Shown: positions 18,490 through 28,837 of the stretch, piece after piece | Layout: each line of letters begins with the position of its first letter | How positions within the stretch are numbered: position 1 is the first letter of the stretch | Source: Pelagibacteraceae bacterium | GTDB taxonomy: Bacteria > Pseudomonadota > Alphaproteobacteria > Pelagibacterales > AG-422-B15 | Reading direction: 5' to 3' | Assembly: GCA_038103905.1 (NCBI GenBank) | Contig: JAYNZW010000004.1 | Span: forward strand, 39,658 to 103,657 | DNA length: 64,000 nt | Notes under the pieces: generated by a model | What the model was told of the DNA's origin: nothing | Databases searched by the model: none | What the model saw: the letters and a program-made list of their open reading frames with translations, nothing else | Made by a program: the position numbers and the translations under genes

Positions 18490-19608
18490 ATGGATGAAAA
18501 TAAAATAATTGAATTATCGAGCAGTGAGAAGCCCTTACTTCTAGATTGTGGTAAAAGCTTAGGTCCAATTAAAATTGCCTACACAACTTATGGTCATTTA
18601 AATAAAGAAAAAACAAATGCGATCCTAGTTTGTCATGCACTTACAGGAGATCAATTTGTAGCTAGTCAGCATCCAATAACAAAAAAAGAAGGATGGTGGT
18701 CAAACGTAGTTGGCCCAAACAAACCAATTGACACCAACAAGTTTTATGTAATCTGCCCTAATATTATTGGAGGATGTATGGGATCTACTGGCCCGAAAGA
18801 AATAGATCCTCTTACCCAAAAAGAATATGGGCTAAACTTTCCAGTTATAACTATTTCTGACATGGTGAAAGCTCAAAAGTTACTGATTGATCATTTATCA
18901 ATTAAAAAACTATTTTGTGTAACTGGTGGATCAATGGGTGGAATGCTTGTACTTGAATGGCTATCAAAGTTTCCGGAGTACGTTCACTCTGCTATTCCAA
19001 TTGCAACTTCGGTAAATCATTCAGCTCAAAATATTGCACTTAATGAATTAGCTAGACAATCAATTATGGCTGATCCAAACTGGAAATCAGGAAATTATTA
19101 TGGAACAGATAGTCAACCGACTAAAGGTCTTTCTGTTGCAAGAATGGCAGCGCATATATCATATCTCTCAAAAGAGTCACTTCATCAAAAATTTGGTAGA
19201 AATTTACAAGATAAAAGCGAATTGGATTATTCTTTCAATGCTGACTTTCAAATTGAAAGCTATTTAAGGCATCAAGGCATCACTTTTGTAGATCGATTTG
19301 ATGCAAATAGTTATCTTTATATTACAAGAGCTATGGATTATTTTGATATTACTGCAAATAGTAATGGCTCTTTAATTGAAGCTTTTAAAAAAACTAAATC
19401 AAAAGTGCTCTGTATTTCATTTACTAGTGATTGGCTATATCCTACATCAGAAAATAAAAAAATAGTAAAAACTCTAAATGCGCTTGGAATAGATGTAAGT
19501 TTTTTAGAAATTGAAACTGAAAATGGTCACGATTCATTTTTGTTAAATGAGCCAGAATTTTTTGATGCTCTTGATGGCTTCATTAGTTCAACATGGAGTG
19601 AAATATGA
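18490..19608 (+). CDS. metX: Homoserine O-acetyltransferase
   Basis: Alpha/beta hydrolase with GGSMGGM nucleophile motif, plus AYTTYGHLN and CHALTGD blocks. I prefer the ATG at 18490. The TTG at 18436 in the ORF track would translate through the terminator hairpin and T-run. Confidence 0.9.
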   Translation: MDENKIIELSSSEKPLLLDCGKSLGPIKIAYTTYGHLNKEKTNAILVCHALTGDQFVASQHPITKKEGWWSNVVGPNKPIDTNKFYVICPNIIGGCMGSTGPKEIDPLTQKEYGLNFPVITISDMVKAQKLLIDHLSIKKLFCVTGGSMGGMLVLEWLSKFPEYVHSAIPIATSVNHSAQNIALNELARQSIMADPNWKSGNYYGTDSQPTKGLSVARMAAHISYLSKESLHQKFGRNLQDKSELDYSFNADFQIESYLRHQGITFVDRFDANSYLYITRAMDYFDITANSNGSLIEAFKKTKSKVLCISFTSDWLYPTSENKKIVKTLNALGIDVSFLEIETENGHDSFLLNEPEFFDALDGFISSTWSEI

Positions 19609-20216
19609 GCTTAATCAATAAAACTAAAGAGTTTGAGATTATTTCAAATATTATAACTCCAAATTCAAGTATTATTGATATTGGATGCAATGACGGCTCT
19701 TTAATTGAGTATCTTAAATCTAATAAAAATGTGAATGCTAGAGGAATGGAAATTGATCAATCAAAAGTCAGAACATGTCTTGCAAAAGGAATCTCAGTGG
19801 TTGAAGGAGACGCAGATACTGATTTATTTGATTATCCTGATGATTTATTTGATTACTCAATCTTGACTTATACTCTTCAAGCAACAAAAAATCCTAAAAT
19901 TGTATTAGAGCAGCTGGTAAGAATAGCACAAAAGGCAATAGTTTCTTTTCCAAATTTTGGGCACTGGTCTATAGCTACTAGTTTATTTTTTAATAGAGAA
20001 ATGCCTGTAAATAGTAAACTTGACTACTCATGGTACGAGACACCAAATTTACATTTTTGTACAATTAATGATTTTATAAATTTATGTGATGGTTTAAATA
20101 TAAAAATTGAAAAAAAAGCTGATTTGAGAAAATTAAAGTTTGAAGAATTTAAAGGTAAAAGTTTATATGACAGTTACTTTTCTGATTCTGGACTTTTTTT
20201 AATATCAAAAAAATAA
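19605..20216 (+). CDS. metW: Methionine biosynthesis protein MetW
   Basis: [12 protein letters not shown]-MTase-like motif and the FPNFGHW...WY.TPN.HF.T..DF signature. It overlaps metX by 4 nt. Confidence 0.9.
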   Translation: MSLINKTKEFEIISNIITPNSSIIDIGCNDGSLIEYLKSNKNVNARGMEIDQSKVRTCLAKGISVVEGDADTDLFDYPDDLFDYSILTYTLQATKNPKIVLEQLVRIAQKAIVSFPNFGHWSIATSLFFNREMPVNSKLDYSWYETPNLHFCTINDFINLCDGLNIKIEKKADLRKLKFEEFKGKSLYDSYFSDSGLFLISKK

Positions 20217-20223
20217 TTAAGAT

Positions 20224-20985
20224 ATGACATTAGAAGTAAAAATTATTCCATGCCGCACTGATAATTATTCATATATTTGTATAGATGGTAGTAAGGATGC
20301 TTTTGTTGTTGATCCCTCTGAATTTATTCCGGTGGATAATTATATAAAAAATAATAATTTAAATTTGAAATTTATTTTGAATACACATCATCACTTTGAT
20401 CATGTAGGTGGAAATATTGAGTTAAAAGAGAAATATAATGCCAAAATTGTTGGAAGCAAGAATGACAGGGAAAGAATTCCTGGAATTGATTTATGCCTAG
20501 CTGAAGGTGAATTTTTCGAATTTCATAACTATGAAGCTGAAATTTTTGAAATACCTGGACACACTCTTGGCCACATCGCATTTTACTTTCAATCTGAAAA
20601 TATTATCTTTACAGGGGATACTTTATTTTCTCTAGGCTGTGGTCGAATTTTTGAAGGAACGCCTGAGATGATGTTTGAGTCGTTAAATAAATTAAAAAAT
20701 CTACCCGATAATACGAAAGTATTTTGTGGTCATGAGTATACTTTAAGTAATGCTCTTTTTTTAGATACGGTAATTAAAAATACTGATTTAAAGAAAAAAA
20801 TTGAAAACTTAAAATTATTACAGGAAAAAAAAGAGCCTTCAATTCCTACTACAATCGGAGATGAAAAAAAACTAAATTTTTTCTTAAAATCAAATGAAAA
20901 TAATTTTAAGAGCCATCTTAAAATGAACGATTCAGAAGATGTTGAGGTCTTTACTTACTTACGAAATCTTAAGGATTCATTTTAA
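20224..20985 (+). CDS. gloB: Hydroxyacylglutathione hydrolase (glyoxalase II)
   Basis: Metallo-beta-lactamase motif THHHFDHVGG, with PGHT.GH and CGHEYT blocks. Confidence 0.85.
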   Translation: MTLEVKIIPCRTDNYSYICIDGSKDAFVVDPSEFIPVDNYIKNNNLNLKFILNTHHHFDHVGGNIELKEKYNAKIVGSKNDRERIPGIDLCLAEGEFFEFHNYEAEIFEIPGHTLGHIAFYFQSENIIFTGDTLFSLGCGRIFEGTPEMMFESLNKLKNLPDNTKVFCGHEYTLSNALFLDTVIKNTDLKKKIENLKLLQEKKEPSIPTTIGDEKKLNFFLKSNENNFKSHLKMNDSEDVEVFTYLRNLKDSF

Positions 20986-21704
20986 GTAAAGTATTGTCCT
21001 CCATTTGCAGTTATTGTTGATCCCGTTATAAATCCAGCTTCATCACTTGCAAGGAAAGTAACGATTCGGGAAACATCTTCAACAGTTCCGAGTCTTCCAA
21101 CTGGAATTTTTCCTACTAGACTTTTCAAAAAGTCTTCAGATGCATCTGCTAAAATATCTGTGTCTATGTATCCGGGCGCAATAGCATTAACAGTGATGTT
21201 CTTCCTTGCTGTTTCTTGAGCTAATGCCTTTGTAAAGCCTAAAACTCCTGCTTTAGCAGCACTGTAGTTAATTAGTCCCATTTCACCTTTCTGACCATTA
21301 ATTGAAGAAATTGTAATGATTCTTCCAAAAGATTTTTCTCTCATCCCCTCTAGCACGCATCTGGTCATATAAAAAACTGAGTCAAGGTCTGTTTTTATTA
21401 CATCATCCCATTGTTCGATTGACATTTTATGAGCCATCGAAGCTTTTGAAATTCCTGCATTATTAATGAGAATGTCAACTGATCCCATTTTATCTTGAAC
21501 CTGCTTTACACCAGCTTCACAGGCTGCTGCATCTGCTACATTCCATTGAAAAACTTCTATACCATTCTCTGAAGCAAATGCATTTGCTTTTTCGGTATTT
21601 GAATTGTACGTAGCAGCTACATTGTATCCAGCATTTTTAAGAGCGATTGAAATTGATGCGCCAATACCTCTAGTACCACCTGTAACTAATGCAATTTTTG
21701 TCAT
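20982..21704 (-). CDS. phaB: Acetoacetyl-CoA reductase (SDR)
   Basis: TGGTRGIG, NNAG and YSAAK motifs. The ATG at 21704 is preceded by an AAGGAG RBS. It lies directly downstream of phaA. Confidence 0.8.
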   Translation of the reverse strand: MTKIALVTGGTRGIGASISIALKNAGYNVAATYNSNTEKANAFASENGIEVFQWNVADAAACEAGVKQVQDKMGSVDILINNAGISKASMAHKMSIEQWDDVIKTDLDSVFYMTRCVLEGMREKSFGRIITISSINGQKGEMGLINYSAAKAGVLGFTKALAQETARKNITVNAIAPGYIDTDILADASEDFLKSLVGKIPVGRLGTVEDVSRIVTFLASDEAGFITGSTITANGGQYFT

Positions 21705-21723
21705 ATATTCTCCTTTAATAAAA

Positions 21724-22896
21724 TTATCTTTCAACACAAAGTGCTATACCCATTCCGCCTCCAATACATAAAGTAGCAAGGCCTTTTTTAGCATCCTGTT
21801 TTTTCATTTGATGTAATAAAGTTACCAGTATTCTGGTACCAGATGCGCCAATAGGGTGTCCAATAGCAATAGCACCACCATTCACATTAACTTTTGAGGT
21901 ATCCCATCCAAGTTCTTTGTTTACTGCGCAAGATTGAGCGGCAAAAGCTTCATTCGATTCAATCAAATCTAGATCATTAATTGACCAGCCTGCTTTTTCT
22001 AAGGCTCTTGTGCTAGAAGGTATAGGGCCTGTTCCCATAATTGAAGGATCAACGCCAGCACTAGCCCACGAAACTATTCTAGCCATTGGTTCAATATTTC
22101 TATTTTTTAATTCAGTTTCACTCATCAAAGTCATAGCGGCAGCTCCATCATTAATGCCACTTGCATTAGCAGCTGTTACTGTTCCATCTTTTGAAAATGC
22201 TGGTCTTAAAGTAGATAACTTTTCTAATTGAACACCATCTTTAATGTACTCATCGTGTTCAAATATGATTGTATCTTTTCTTGTTTTAATTTCTACTGGC
22301 GTAATTTCATCTTTGAATAATCCAGCTTCCTTTGCCTTACTAGCTTTAGTTTGTGAATTAAAAGCAAATTCATCTTGCTGATCTCTTGTGATTTGCCACT
22401 GCTGAGCAACATTTTCTGCAGTCGTTCCCATATGATAACCATTAAAAGCATCCCACAAACCATCTTTAATCATTGTATCGATCATTTGAGTGTCACCCAT
22501 TTTTGTGCCATTTCTAAGGTGAGTACAGTGAGGAGATTGACTCATGCTTTCTTGACCACCAGCAACAATTATATTTGCATCATTGTTTCTAATAGATTGA
22601 TAACCTAAAGCTACACTTCTAAGTCCTGACCCACAGACCTGATTCACAACCCAAGCCGGAGTTTCTTTTGAAATTCCAGCATTCATTGATGCTTGTCTTG
22701 CAGGATTTTGACCTGTACCAGCTGCCAAAACTTGGCCCATTATAACTTCATCAACTTCAGAGTTATCAATTCCTGCTCTCTTTATGGTTTCCTTGATAAC
22801 AACTTTTCCCAATTCATGCGCTGGCAATGATGCAAGCGAGCCATTAAATGAACCAACTCCAGTTCGAGTGGCGGCTGTGATATAAACTTCAGTCAT
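21724..22896 (-). CDS. phaA: Acetyl-CoA C-acetyltransferase (acetoacetyl-CoA thiolase)
   Basis: 390 aa thiolase II: VNQVCGSGL active-site Cys, NEAFAAQ, GGAIA.GHP.GASG and CIGGGMG. Confidence 0.9.
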   Translation of the reverse strand: MTEVYITAATRTGVGSFNGSLASLPAHELGKVVIKETIKRAGIDNSEVDEVIMGQVLAAGTGQNPARQASMNAGISKETPAWVVNQVCGSGLRSVALGYQSIRNNDANIIVAGGQESMSQSPHCTHLRNGTKMGDTQMIDTMIKDGLWDAFNGYHMGTTAENVAQQWQITRDQQDEFAFNSQTKASKAKEAGLFKDEITPVEIKTRKDTIIFEHDEYIKDGVQLEKLSTLRPAFSKDGTVTAANASGINDGAAAMTLMSETELKNRNIEPMARIVSWASAGVDPSIMGTGPIPSSTRALEKAGWSINDLDLIESNEAFAAQSCAVNKELGWDTSKVNVNGGAIAIGHPIGASGTRILVTLLHQMKKQDAKKGLATLCIGGGMGIALCVER

Positions 22897-22914
22897 ATAA
22901 ATCCTTATTATTTA

Positions 22915-23637
22915 TTATATTTTTGGCAAATTTTCAGCCCTAGAGCTGTCTAGATATCTTGCTGACTGTATTGTGCAATTTTTATCTAAATTAATCAATA
23001 ATGGATTTCCTGTAGGAATTTCTAAATTTGTAATTTCATGATCTTGAATATTAAACAAATGCTTACAGAGCGCTCTGAGACTATTACCATGTGCAGCTAT
23101 CAATACATTTTTTTCTGCAGCTAGTGGCCTTATTTCATTATCCCAATAAGGAACTACCCGCTCATATGTATCTTTTAAACATTCGGTAAGTGGTAATTCA
23201 TCTTTATTTTCATTTTTATAAATTGGATCATTTCTTGGATTCATGGAACTTTCTTCTTCTAGTACGGGAGGCGGCGTATTATAGCTTCTCCTCCATTCCA
23301 AAAACTGCTCATCACCATATTTTTTTTTTGTATCATCTTTGTTTAAGCCTTGTAGTGCACCATAATGTCTTTCGTTAAGCTTCCATGACTTTATTATTTC
23401 TACATCCTGAAAAAGTTTAACTGGCATGTGTTTCAAAATAATTTCAAGGGTTTTATTTGCGCGCTGAAGATATGAAGTAAAACATACTTCTGGCTTAAAA
23501 TCATTTTCTATCAAGTATGTTGCGGCTTTTTCCGCTTCAAGAAAACCTTCTGGAGCTAACTCGATATCATACCATCCTGTAAATTTATTTTCTAAATTCC
23601 AAACACTTTTACCGTGCCTGATTAAAACTAAATTCAT
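22915..23637 (-). CDS. gpmA: 2,3-bisphosphoglycerate-dependent phosphoglycerate mutase
   Basis: LIRHGKSVWNLENKFTGW, SWKLNERHYGALQGLNK and AAHGNSLRAL blocks are nearly collinear with E. coli GpmA. Confidence 0.9.
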   Translation of the reverse strand: MNLVLIRHGKSVWNLENKFTGWYDIELAPEGFLEAEKAATYLIENDFKPEVCFTSYLQRANKTLEIILKHMPVKLFQDVEIIKSWKLNERHYGALQGLNKDDTKKKYGDEQFLEWRRSYNTPPPVLEEESSMNPRNDPIYKNENKDELPLTECLKDTYERVVPYWDNEIRPLAAEKNVLIAAHGNSLRALCKHLFNIQDHEITNLEIPTGNPLLINLDKNCTIQSARYLDSSRAENLPKI

Positions 23638-23642
23638 TTCTG

Positions 23643-24584
23643 TTAGGGTTTTACTTGATTAACAATATTATTATTAATCAAGTAATCAGAAACCTGTTCG
23701 GCGATTTGTACAGCAACTTTTTCTTGAGCTTCAGTTGTTCCTGCTCCAATATGTGGGGTCATAACCACATTATCCATTCCACAAAAAATAGAGTCAGTTT
23801 GTGGTTCTTCTTCATAAACATCACATCCATAGCCTGAAATTTTATTATTAACTAATGCTTCTTTAATGTCAGCTTCATTTATGATCCCACCACGTGCACA
23901 ATTTATTACAATTGAATTCTTTTTCATTTTTGAAAGGCTATCTGAATTGACAATATATTTTGTTTTTTGTGATAGCTTATTGTGAAAAGTGATAATATCA
24001 GCATGAGTAATCATATCATCAAAATTCATCAATTCAGCGTTAAGAGACTCAAGGTCTTTGCTAGCAGCTGACTCGCTTACAACAACTATATTCATTCCAT
24101 ACACACGTGCAAAATCAGCAACTTTTTTTCCAATATTACCAAATCCTACAATCCCAATCGTTTTTCCCAGTAATTCATTTCCAATTAACTTTTTCTTTTC
24201 CCATCTTTTTTCATGCATTGACGAATTTGCAATATGTATCTTTCTCATTAATGAATGAATAATACCAAACGTTAACTCTGCAGTTGCTTGAACATTGCCA
24301 AGTGGAGTATTCATAACGACTATGTCTTTATCAGAAGATGCTTTAAGATCTACATTATCTACTCCAACACCAGGTCTACCAATAACTTTTAAAACATCAG
24401 AAGAATCAATTATTTTTTTGGTAACAGTAACCGCAGATCTTATTAAAAGTCCTTCATATCCTTTAATTTCAGATGCAAGTTCATCTTCAGAAAGACCAAC
24501 TTTTTTTTCATAATTTATACTATTTTTATCAAAAATTTCACAAACAACATCTGAAACATTATCTGCAATTAAAACTTTAGGCAC
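23643..24584 (-). CDS. serA: D-3-phosphoglycerate dehydrogenase, short form without ACT/ASB regulatory domains
   Basis: 313 aa. The PGDH-like N-terminus (LKVIGRPGVGVDNVDL) and GIVGFGNIGK NAD motif are present, but the protein ends right after the catalytic domain. It overlaps serC by 8 nt. Confidence 0.75.
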   Translation of the reverse strand: MPKVLIADNVSDVVCEIFDKNSINYEKKVGLSEDELASEIKGYEGLLIRSAVTVTKKIIDSSDVLKVIGRPGVGVDNVDLKASSDKDIVVMNTPLGNVQATAELTFGIIHSLMRKIHIANSSMHEKRWEKKKLIGNELLGKTIGIVGFGNIGKKVADFARVYGMNIVVVSESAASKDLESLNAELMNFDDMITHADIITFHNKLSQKTKYIVNSDSLSKMKKNSIVINCARGGIINEADIKEALVNNKISGYGCDVYEEEPQTDSIFCGMDNVVMTPHIGAGTTEAQEKVAVQIAEQVSDYLINNNIVNQVKP

Positions 24585-25740
24585 TTTTATGCTTCTCTTT
24601 TGTTAATTCATAGGCCCATTCAATCCATGGAAGAACTAGTTCAACGTTTCTGTTTTCAACAGTTGATCCTCCCCAAATCCTAATTCCAGGAGGCGCTGTT
24701 TTATAAGAGTTGAGATCATATCCTGCTTCATTGCTTTCTAATTCAGAGCATACCTCTGCCATAAATTTTTTCTTCGCATCCTCATCAAGCGACTTAAACC
24801 ATTCATCTTTGGGCACAATACATATTGATGTGCATGATCTTGTACTTGGATCTTTCGCTAAGAATTCAAAATTTTGACTCTCTTCTATCCAATTATTCAC
24901 TAACTTTAAATTATTTTCCGAAATTTCAATTAACTTTGAAAGGCCTCCAATTTCAATTGACCAATTAAGAGAATTCAGAACATCCTCTACACTAATCATC
25001 GAAGGTGTATTGATTGTTGCGCCCGAAAAAATCCCTGAAATTAGTTTTTGATTTTGAGCTAATCTAAAAATTTTTGGAATAGGCCAAGGTGGAGTATAAC
25101 TTTCTAGACGCTCGACTGCTCTGGGAGATAAAATTAACATTCCATGAGCCGCTTCACTTCCTAAGACCTTCTGCCACGAATATGTTACTACGTCTAATTT
25201 AGGCCAATCCATTTCCATTGAGAAAACTGCGGAAGTTGCGTCACAAATTGTTAGGCCTTTCCTATTAGGACTAATCCAATTCGTATCTTTAATTCTTACA
25301 CCTGCAGTTGTTCCATTCCATGTAAAGACAATATCATTATCAGGATTACTATTTGAAAAATCTGGTATATCTCCATAATCAGCTTTAACTAATAATTTGT
25401 CTTCAAGTGGTAACTGCTCTCCAACATCAATATTCCAGTCATGACCAAAATTTTCCCATGAATAAACCTCTACACCTCTTTCACCAAGTAAACACCACAT
25501 CGCCATTTCAAGTGCACCAGTATCCGAAGCAGGAACAATTCCAATCAAGTAATCATCAGGAATTTGTAATAAGCTTCTCGATTTATCGATCACTTCTTGT
25601 AATTTTGCAACTGCAGGTTTTGATCTATGAGATCTAGATAATTCTGCACCCTTTAACTTATCAAAAGACCATCCTGGTGGCTTAGCACATGGACCGGAAG
25701 AGAAGAAAGGATAATGAGGTTTTTGTGATGGTTTTTCCAT
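24577..25740 (-). CDS. serC: Phosphoserine aminotransferase (long alphaproteobacterial type)
   Basis: 387 aa with the N-terminal P..PFFSSGPCAKPPGW motif typical of this SerC subclass. Confidence 0.8.
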   Translation of the reverse strand: MEKPSQKPHYPFFSSGPCAKPPGWSFDKLKGAELSRSHRSKPAVAKLQEVIDKSRSLLQIPDDYLIGIVPASDTGALEMAMWCLLGERGVEVYSWENFGHDWNIDVGEQLPLEDKLLVKADYGDIPDFSNSNPDNDIVFTWNGTTAGVRIKDTNWISPNRKGLTICDATSAVFSMEMDWPKLDVVTYSWQKVLGSEAAHGMLILSPRAVERLESYTPPWPIPKIFRLAQNQKLISGIFSGATINTPSMISVEDVLNSLNWSIEIGGLSKLIEISENNLKLVNNWIEESQNFEFLAKDPSTRSCTSICIVPKDEWFKSLDEDAKKKFMAEVCSELESNEAGYDLNSYKTAPPGIRIWGGSTVENRNVELVLPWIEWAYELTKEKHKSA

Positions 25741-25746
25741 ATTTTT

Positions 25747-26961
25747 TTATTCTTTCATTAAAAGCGTAACTAGTCCATCAATTGGTTTTGGATCAAAAAA
25801 AGTAGACTTTGGTGGCACAATTTTTCCTGCATCAGCAACGGACATTATCTCATGCATTGTCATAGGGCAAATAAAAAAAGCGACATCTGCAATGGTCAAA
25901 TCAACTTTTTCTTCTAAAAATTGGGCACCAAATTTTCCAGGAACGTGTGTTTTTTCTACAATCTTTAATTCCATTTTCTTTAATAGTATATTTTTTAGTA
26001 CTAAATTTTCGATTATTTCAGAATCTGTTTTTTTTGATTTTTTTAGACTATCATTTTTTCTTATATTCAAGTTATGCCATCTATTATTACAATAAATTGA
26101 AACTTCTCCTCGTTTTGTTGGCTTTCTAAAATTACTTATTTCTACTTTTTTAAATTGTTTTTTAAGCAAAAAAACAAACTGATCATAATTCCATTTTTTA
26201 AATTTAATTACTTTATTATAGCTGAGTATATTTATATTATTTTTATCGAAAATAACTGAAAGCAAAGGAATGCTTTTTTTTGTCTTATTCTTATTTTCAT
26301 ATTGAGAATATAATTTTTCCATTGAGGAAAACCTATGATGCCCGTCAGCTATATAAAGCTTATCAATCTTTTTTAAGTTTTTTTCTATAACTTCTATATC
26401 CTTATTAATATCAACTTTCCATAAAGAGTGGATTGTACCTCCAGAAGTCTGGAAATTGTAAAGAGGTTTTATTTTTTTATATTTATTATAAATTGAATTT
26501 AGGTTGGTTTTTGTTTTATGTGAAAAATATACTGGACCAACTTGTATGTTAGTATTCTTTGTTGTTCGTAATATTCTATCGCAACGAGCATCCAAGGTAT
26601 TCTCATGTTTAAGGATCTTTGGATTTTTCTTATTAATATCTATACTCGCTACAATACCAAACTGTGATTTATTATATTTTTGCAATCGATATATATAGAA
26701 AGACTCCTTTTCTTCATGAAAAATGATATTTTCATTTATCATTGCATTGAGATGATCAAGTGAATGTTTTTTTGATAATTTTTTCGAGATACCAGGATAA
26801 AATGCCTCTGGACTTATTACATTTAGAAAATTCCATTTAGAGTTTTTCATGATTTTAGATATGTCTTCGGCATTTAGATTATCAAAAGCAGGCATTATCA
26901 CTTTTTTAACTAAATGATTTTTAGCTCTTAGAGCTCTAAAAGGCTTAATATTTAATGACAT
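25747..26961 (-). CDS. DUF1015 family protein
   Basis: 404 aa with the ADGHHR motif I associate with DUF1015. It is the first gene of the co-directional run and ends 6 nt before serC. Confidence 0.6.
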   Translation of the reverse strand: MSLNIKPFRALRAKNHLVKKVIMPAFDNLNAEDISKIMKNSKWNFLNVISPEAFYPGISKKLSKKHSLDHLNAMINENIIFHEEKESFYIYRLQKYNKSQFGIVASIDINKKNPKILKHENTLDARCDRILRTTKNTNIQVGPVYFSHKTKTNLNSIYNKYKKIKPLYNFQTSGGTIHSLWKVDINKDIEVIEKNLKKIDKLYIADGHHRFSSMEKLYSQYENKNKTKKSIPLLSVIFDKNNINILSYNKVIKFKKWNYDQFVFLLKKQFKKVEISNFRKPTKRGEVSIYCNNRWHNLNIRKNDSLKKSKKTDSEIIENLVLKNILLKKMELKIVEKTHVPGKFGAQFLEEKVDLTIADVAFFICPMTMHEIMSVADAGKIVPPKSTFFDPKPIDGLVTLLMKE

Positions 26962-27050
26962 ATTTTTGAACCTTTTGATTATTTAAATAGGATATAAATT
27001 AGCTCTAATATGTCTTAAAATTGTTGAAAATTAAAGAATAATTTAGACTA

Positions 27051-27078
27051 TTGACATAAATTAGTCGCAGTCTATATT
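27051..27078 (+). promoter_or_regulatory. Sigma70-type promoter of the rplU-rpmA operon
   Basis: TTGACA (27051-27056), a 16-nt spacer, then TATATT (27073-27078), about 35 nt upstream of the rplU ATG. Confidence 0.6.
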
Positions 27079-27113
27079 CAGCCCGTTTTAACAATCTTTT
27101 TAATATTTCTAAT

Positions 27114-27542
27114 ATGTTTGCGATTATATCAACAGGCGGTAAACAATACAAAGTATCTGAAAATACTGTTCTTACAGTTAACAAGTTATCAGGTACTGCC
27201 GGAGACAATATTGAAATAAGTGACGTTTTATTTGCAAGCGATGGTAAAGAATTTGCTGTTGGTGAGCCTAAAATTGAAGGTGCAAAAGTTAATCTAGAAA
27301 TTATTAAGCAGGATAGAGATAGAAAAATTCTAATTTTTAAAAAGAAAAGAAGAAAAAACTTTAGAAGAAAAAATGGTCATAGACAAGATATGACTTTTCT
27401 TCAAGTGAAATCTCTTAATATACCCGTTTTAAAAGCAAAGGCTTCTAAAGCCAAAAGTACTGAAACTGATAAACCTGCTAAAGAAAAAGCTATCAAGAAA
27501 TCAACTGTTAAAAAGAAAACAGCTACCGCAAAGGATAAATAA
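27114..27542 (+). CDS. rplU: 50S ribosomal protein L21 (with Lys/Ala-rich C-terminal tail)
   Basis: [15 protein letters not shown]-terminus. About 40 extra basic residues lie at the C-terminus. Confidence 0.9.
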   Translation: MFAIISTGGKQYKVSENTVLTVNKLSGTAGDNIEISDVLFASDGKEFAVGEPKIEGAKVNLEIIKQDRDRKILIFKKKRRKNFRRKNGHRQDMTFLQVKSLNIPVLKAKASKAKSTETDKPAKEKAIKKSTVKKKTATAKDK

Positions 27543-27544
27543 AT

Positions 27545-27802
27545 ATGGCAACAAAAAAAGCTGGAGGATCATCGAAAAACGGAAGAGATTCCGCTGGTCG
27601 TAGACTTGGCATTAAAAAATTTGGTGGTGAAGCAGTTATACCTGGAAATATTATTGCCAGACAAAGAGGTACAAAATGGCATCCTGGAAACAATGTTGGC
27701 CTTGGAAAAGATCATACAATCTTCTCACTAATTAATGGTGAAGTTAAATTTGGAAAGAAAAGAGATGGAAAAACAACTATCTCTGTAGTTCCAAAAAACT
27801 AA
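27545..27802 (+). CDS. rpmA: 50S ribosomal protein L27
   Basis: [24 protein letters not shown] motif. Confidence 0.95.
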   Translation: MATKKAGGSSKNGRDSAGRRLGIKKFGGEAVIPGNIIARQRGTKWHPGNNVGLGKDHTIFSLINGEVKFGKKRDGKTTISVVPKN

Positions 27803-27850
27803 TTAACTTTTAACTTAATTCTATTTGTAGAATTATTTTTTTTATCCCAA

Positions 27851-28837
27851 ATGAAATTTATAGATGAAGCCAAAGTATTTATCAAAAGTGGTGATGGTGG
27901 CGATGGTTGTTTAAGTTTTCGAAGAGAAAAGTTTATTGAGTTTGGTGGACCTGATGGTGGCAATGGAGGAAAAGGTGGAGATATTTTTATTAAAGGGACC
28001 AAATCATTAAATACTCTTGTTGATTACAGATTTCAAAAGCACTTTAAAGCAAAAAAAGGTCGCCATGGTTCTGGACGCAATAGAACAGGTGCCGCTGGTC
28101 AAGATATAACACTTAAACTTCCATTGGGTACAGAAATCTTTATTGAGAACGAACTTATAGCTGATGTAATATCTACAGAAAAATTTTTACTATTTCCTGG
28201 AGGTAAAGGTGGTTTAGGAAATATTAATTTTAAATCATCTACTAATAGAGCTCCCAGAAAAACAACTCCTGGAGGCAAGGGTAAAGAAGCAGAAGTTTTT
28301 TTTAAATTAAAACTATTAGCTGATATAGGTCTTGTAGGATTACCAAATGCTGGAAAGTCAAGTTTATTAAGATCAATCTCTGCGGCCAAACCTAAAGTTG
28401 CAGATTACCCATTTACTACACTTGAACCAAAATTAGGAGTAATTAGAATTGGAGATGACGAAGCAGTAGTAGCTGACATTCCAGGCTTAATATCTGGAGC
28501 TAACAGTGGATCTGGATTAGGAATACAATTTTTAAAACATATTGAAAGATGTAAATCTATTATACATATGGTTGATATTTCTGCACAAGATCCAATTATG
28601 GATTACAAAACTATAATTAAAGAGCTGGATGGTTTTGATAAAAGCATTAATAAGAAAGAGAAAATTATTATCTTAAATAAATCAGATTTACTAGCTGATG
28701 ATGAAATTCAAAATATAATTTCAAAATTTAGAGATTTAATAACTTGTCCACTATATGTAATATCAACTATTACACAAAGTGGAATTGAAGAATTAAAAAC
28801 TAATATAGTTCAATTTGGGAGAAATAATGAACTTTGA
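27851..28837 (+). CDS. obg: GTPase Obg/CgtA
   Basis: MKFIDEAKV..KSGDGG.G..SFRREKF N-terminal Obg fold with glycine-rich repeats, followed by a G domain (GLPNAGKSS, DIPGLI, NKSD). Confidence 0.95.
   Translation: MKFIDEAKVFIKSGDGGDGCLSFRREKFIEFGGPDGGNGGKGGDIFIKGTKSLNTLVDYRFQKHFKAKKGRHGSGRNRTGAAGQDITLKLPLGTEIFIENELIADVISTEKFLLFPGGKGGLGNINFKSSTNRAPRKTTPGGKGKEAEVFFKLKLLADIGLVGLPNAGKSSLLRSISAAKPKVADYPFTTLEPKLGVIRIGDDEAVVADIPGLISGANSGSGLGIQFLKHIERCKSIIHMVDISAQDPIMDYKTIIKELDGFDKSINKKEKIIILNKSDLLADDEIQNIISKFRDLITCPLYVISTITQSGIEELKTNIVQFGRNNEL

Noticed and set aside
22915-23637. dPGM-family gene downstream of serA-serC as a possible histidine-phosphatase-type phosphoserine phosphatase (the missing SerB).
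   Set aside because: The sequence is nearly collinear with canonical E. coli GpmA, including the SWKLNERHYGALQGLNK and AAHGNSLRAL blocks. A bona fide phosphoglycerate mutase is the simpler call.
27005-27208. 67-aa minus-strand ORF spanning the rplU upstream region.
   Set aside because: It overlaps the rplU promoter (TTGACA-N16-TATATT) and the first 30 codons of the highly conserved L21 gene. It has no RBS or motif support.
27420-27542. Lys/Ala-rich C-terminal tail on ribosomal protein L21 as a possible fusion or frameshift.
   Set aside because: The frame is continuous. As I recall, such basic low-complexity extensions on L21 occur in other alphaproteobacteria, and nothing suggests a separate domain or gene.
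27799-28002. Proline-rich 67-aa minus-strand ORF (PPFPPLPPSGPP...).
   Set aside because: It is the reverse-complement image of the glycine-rich GGxGG repeats at the Obg N-terminus and is not an independent gene.
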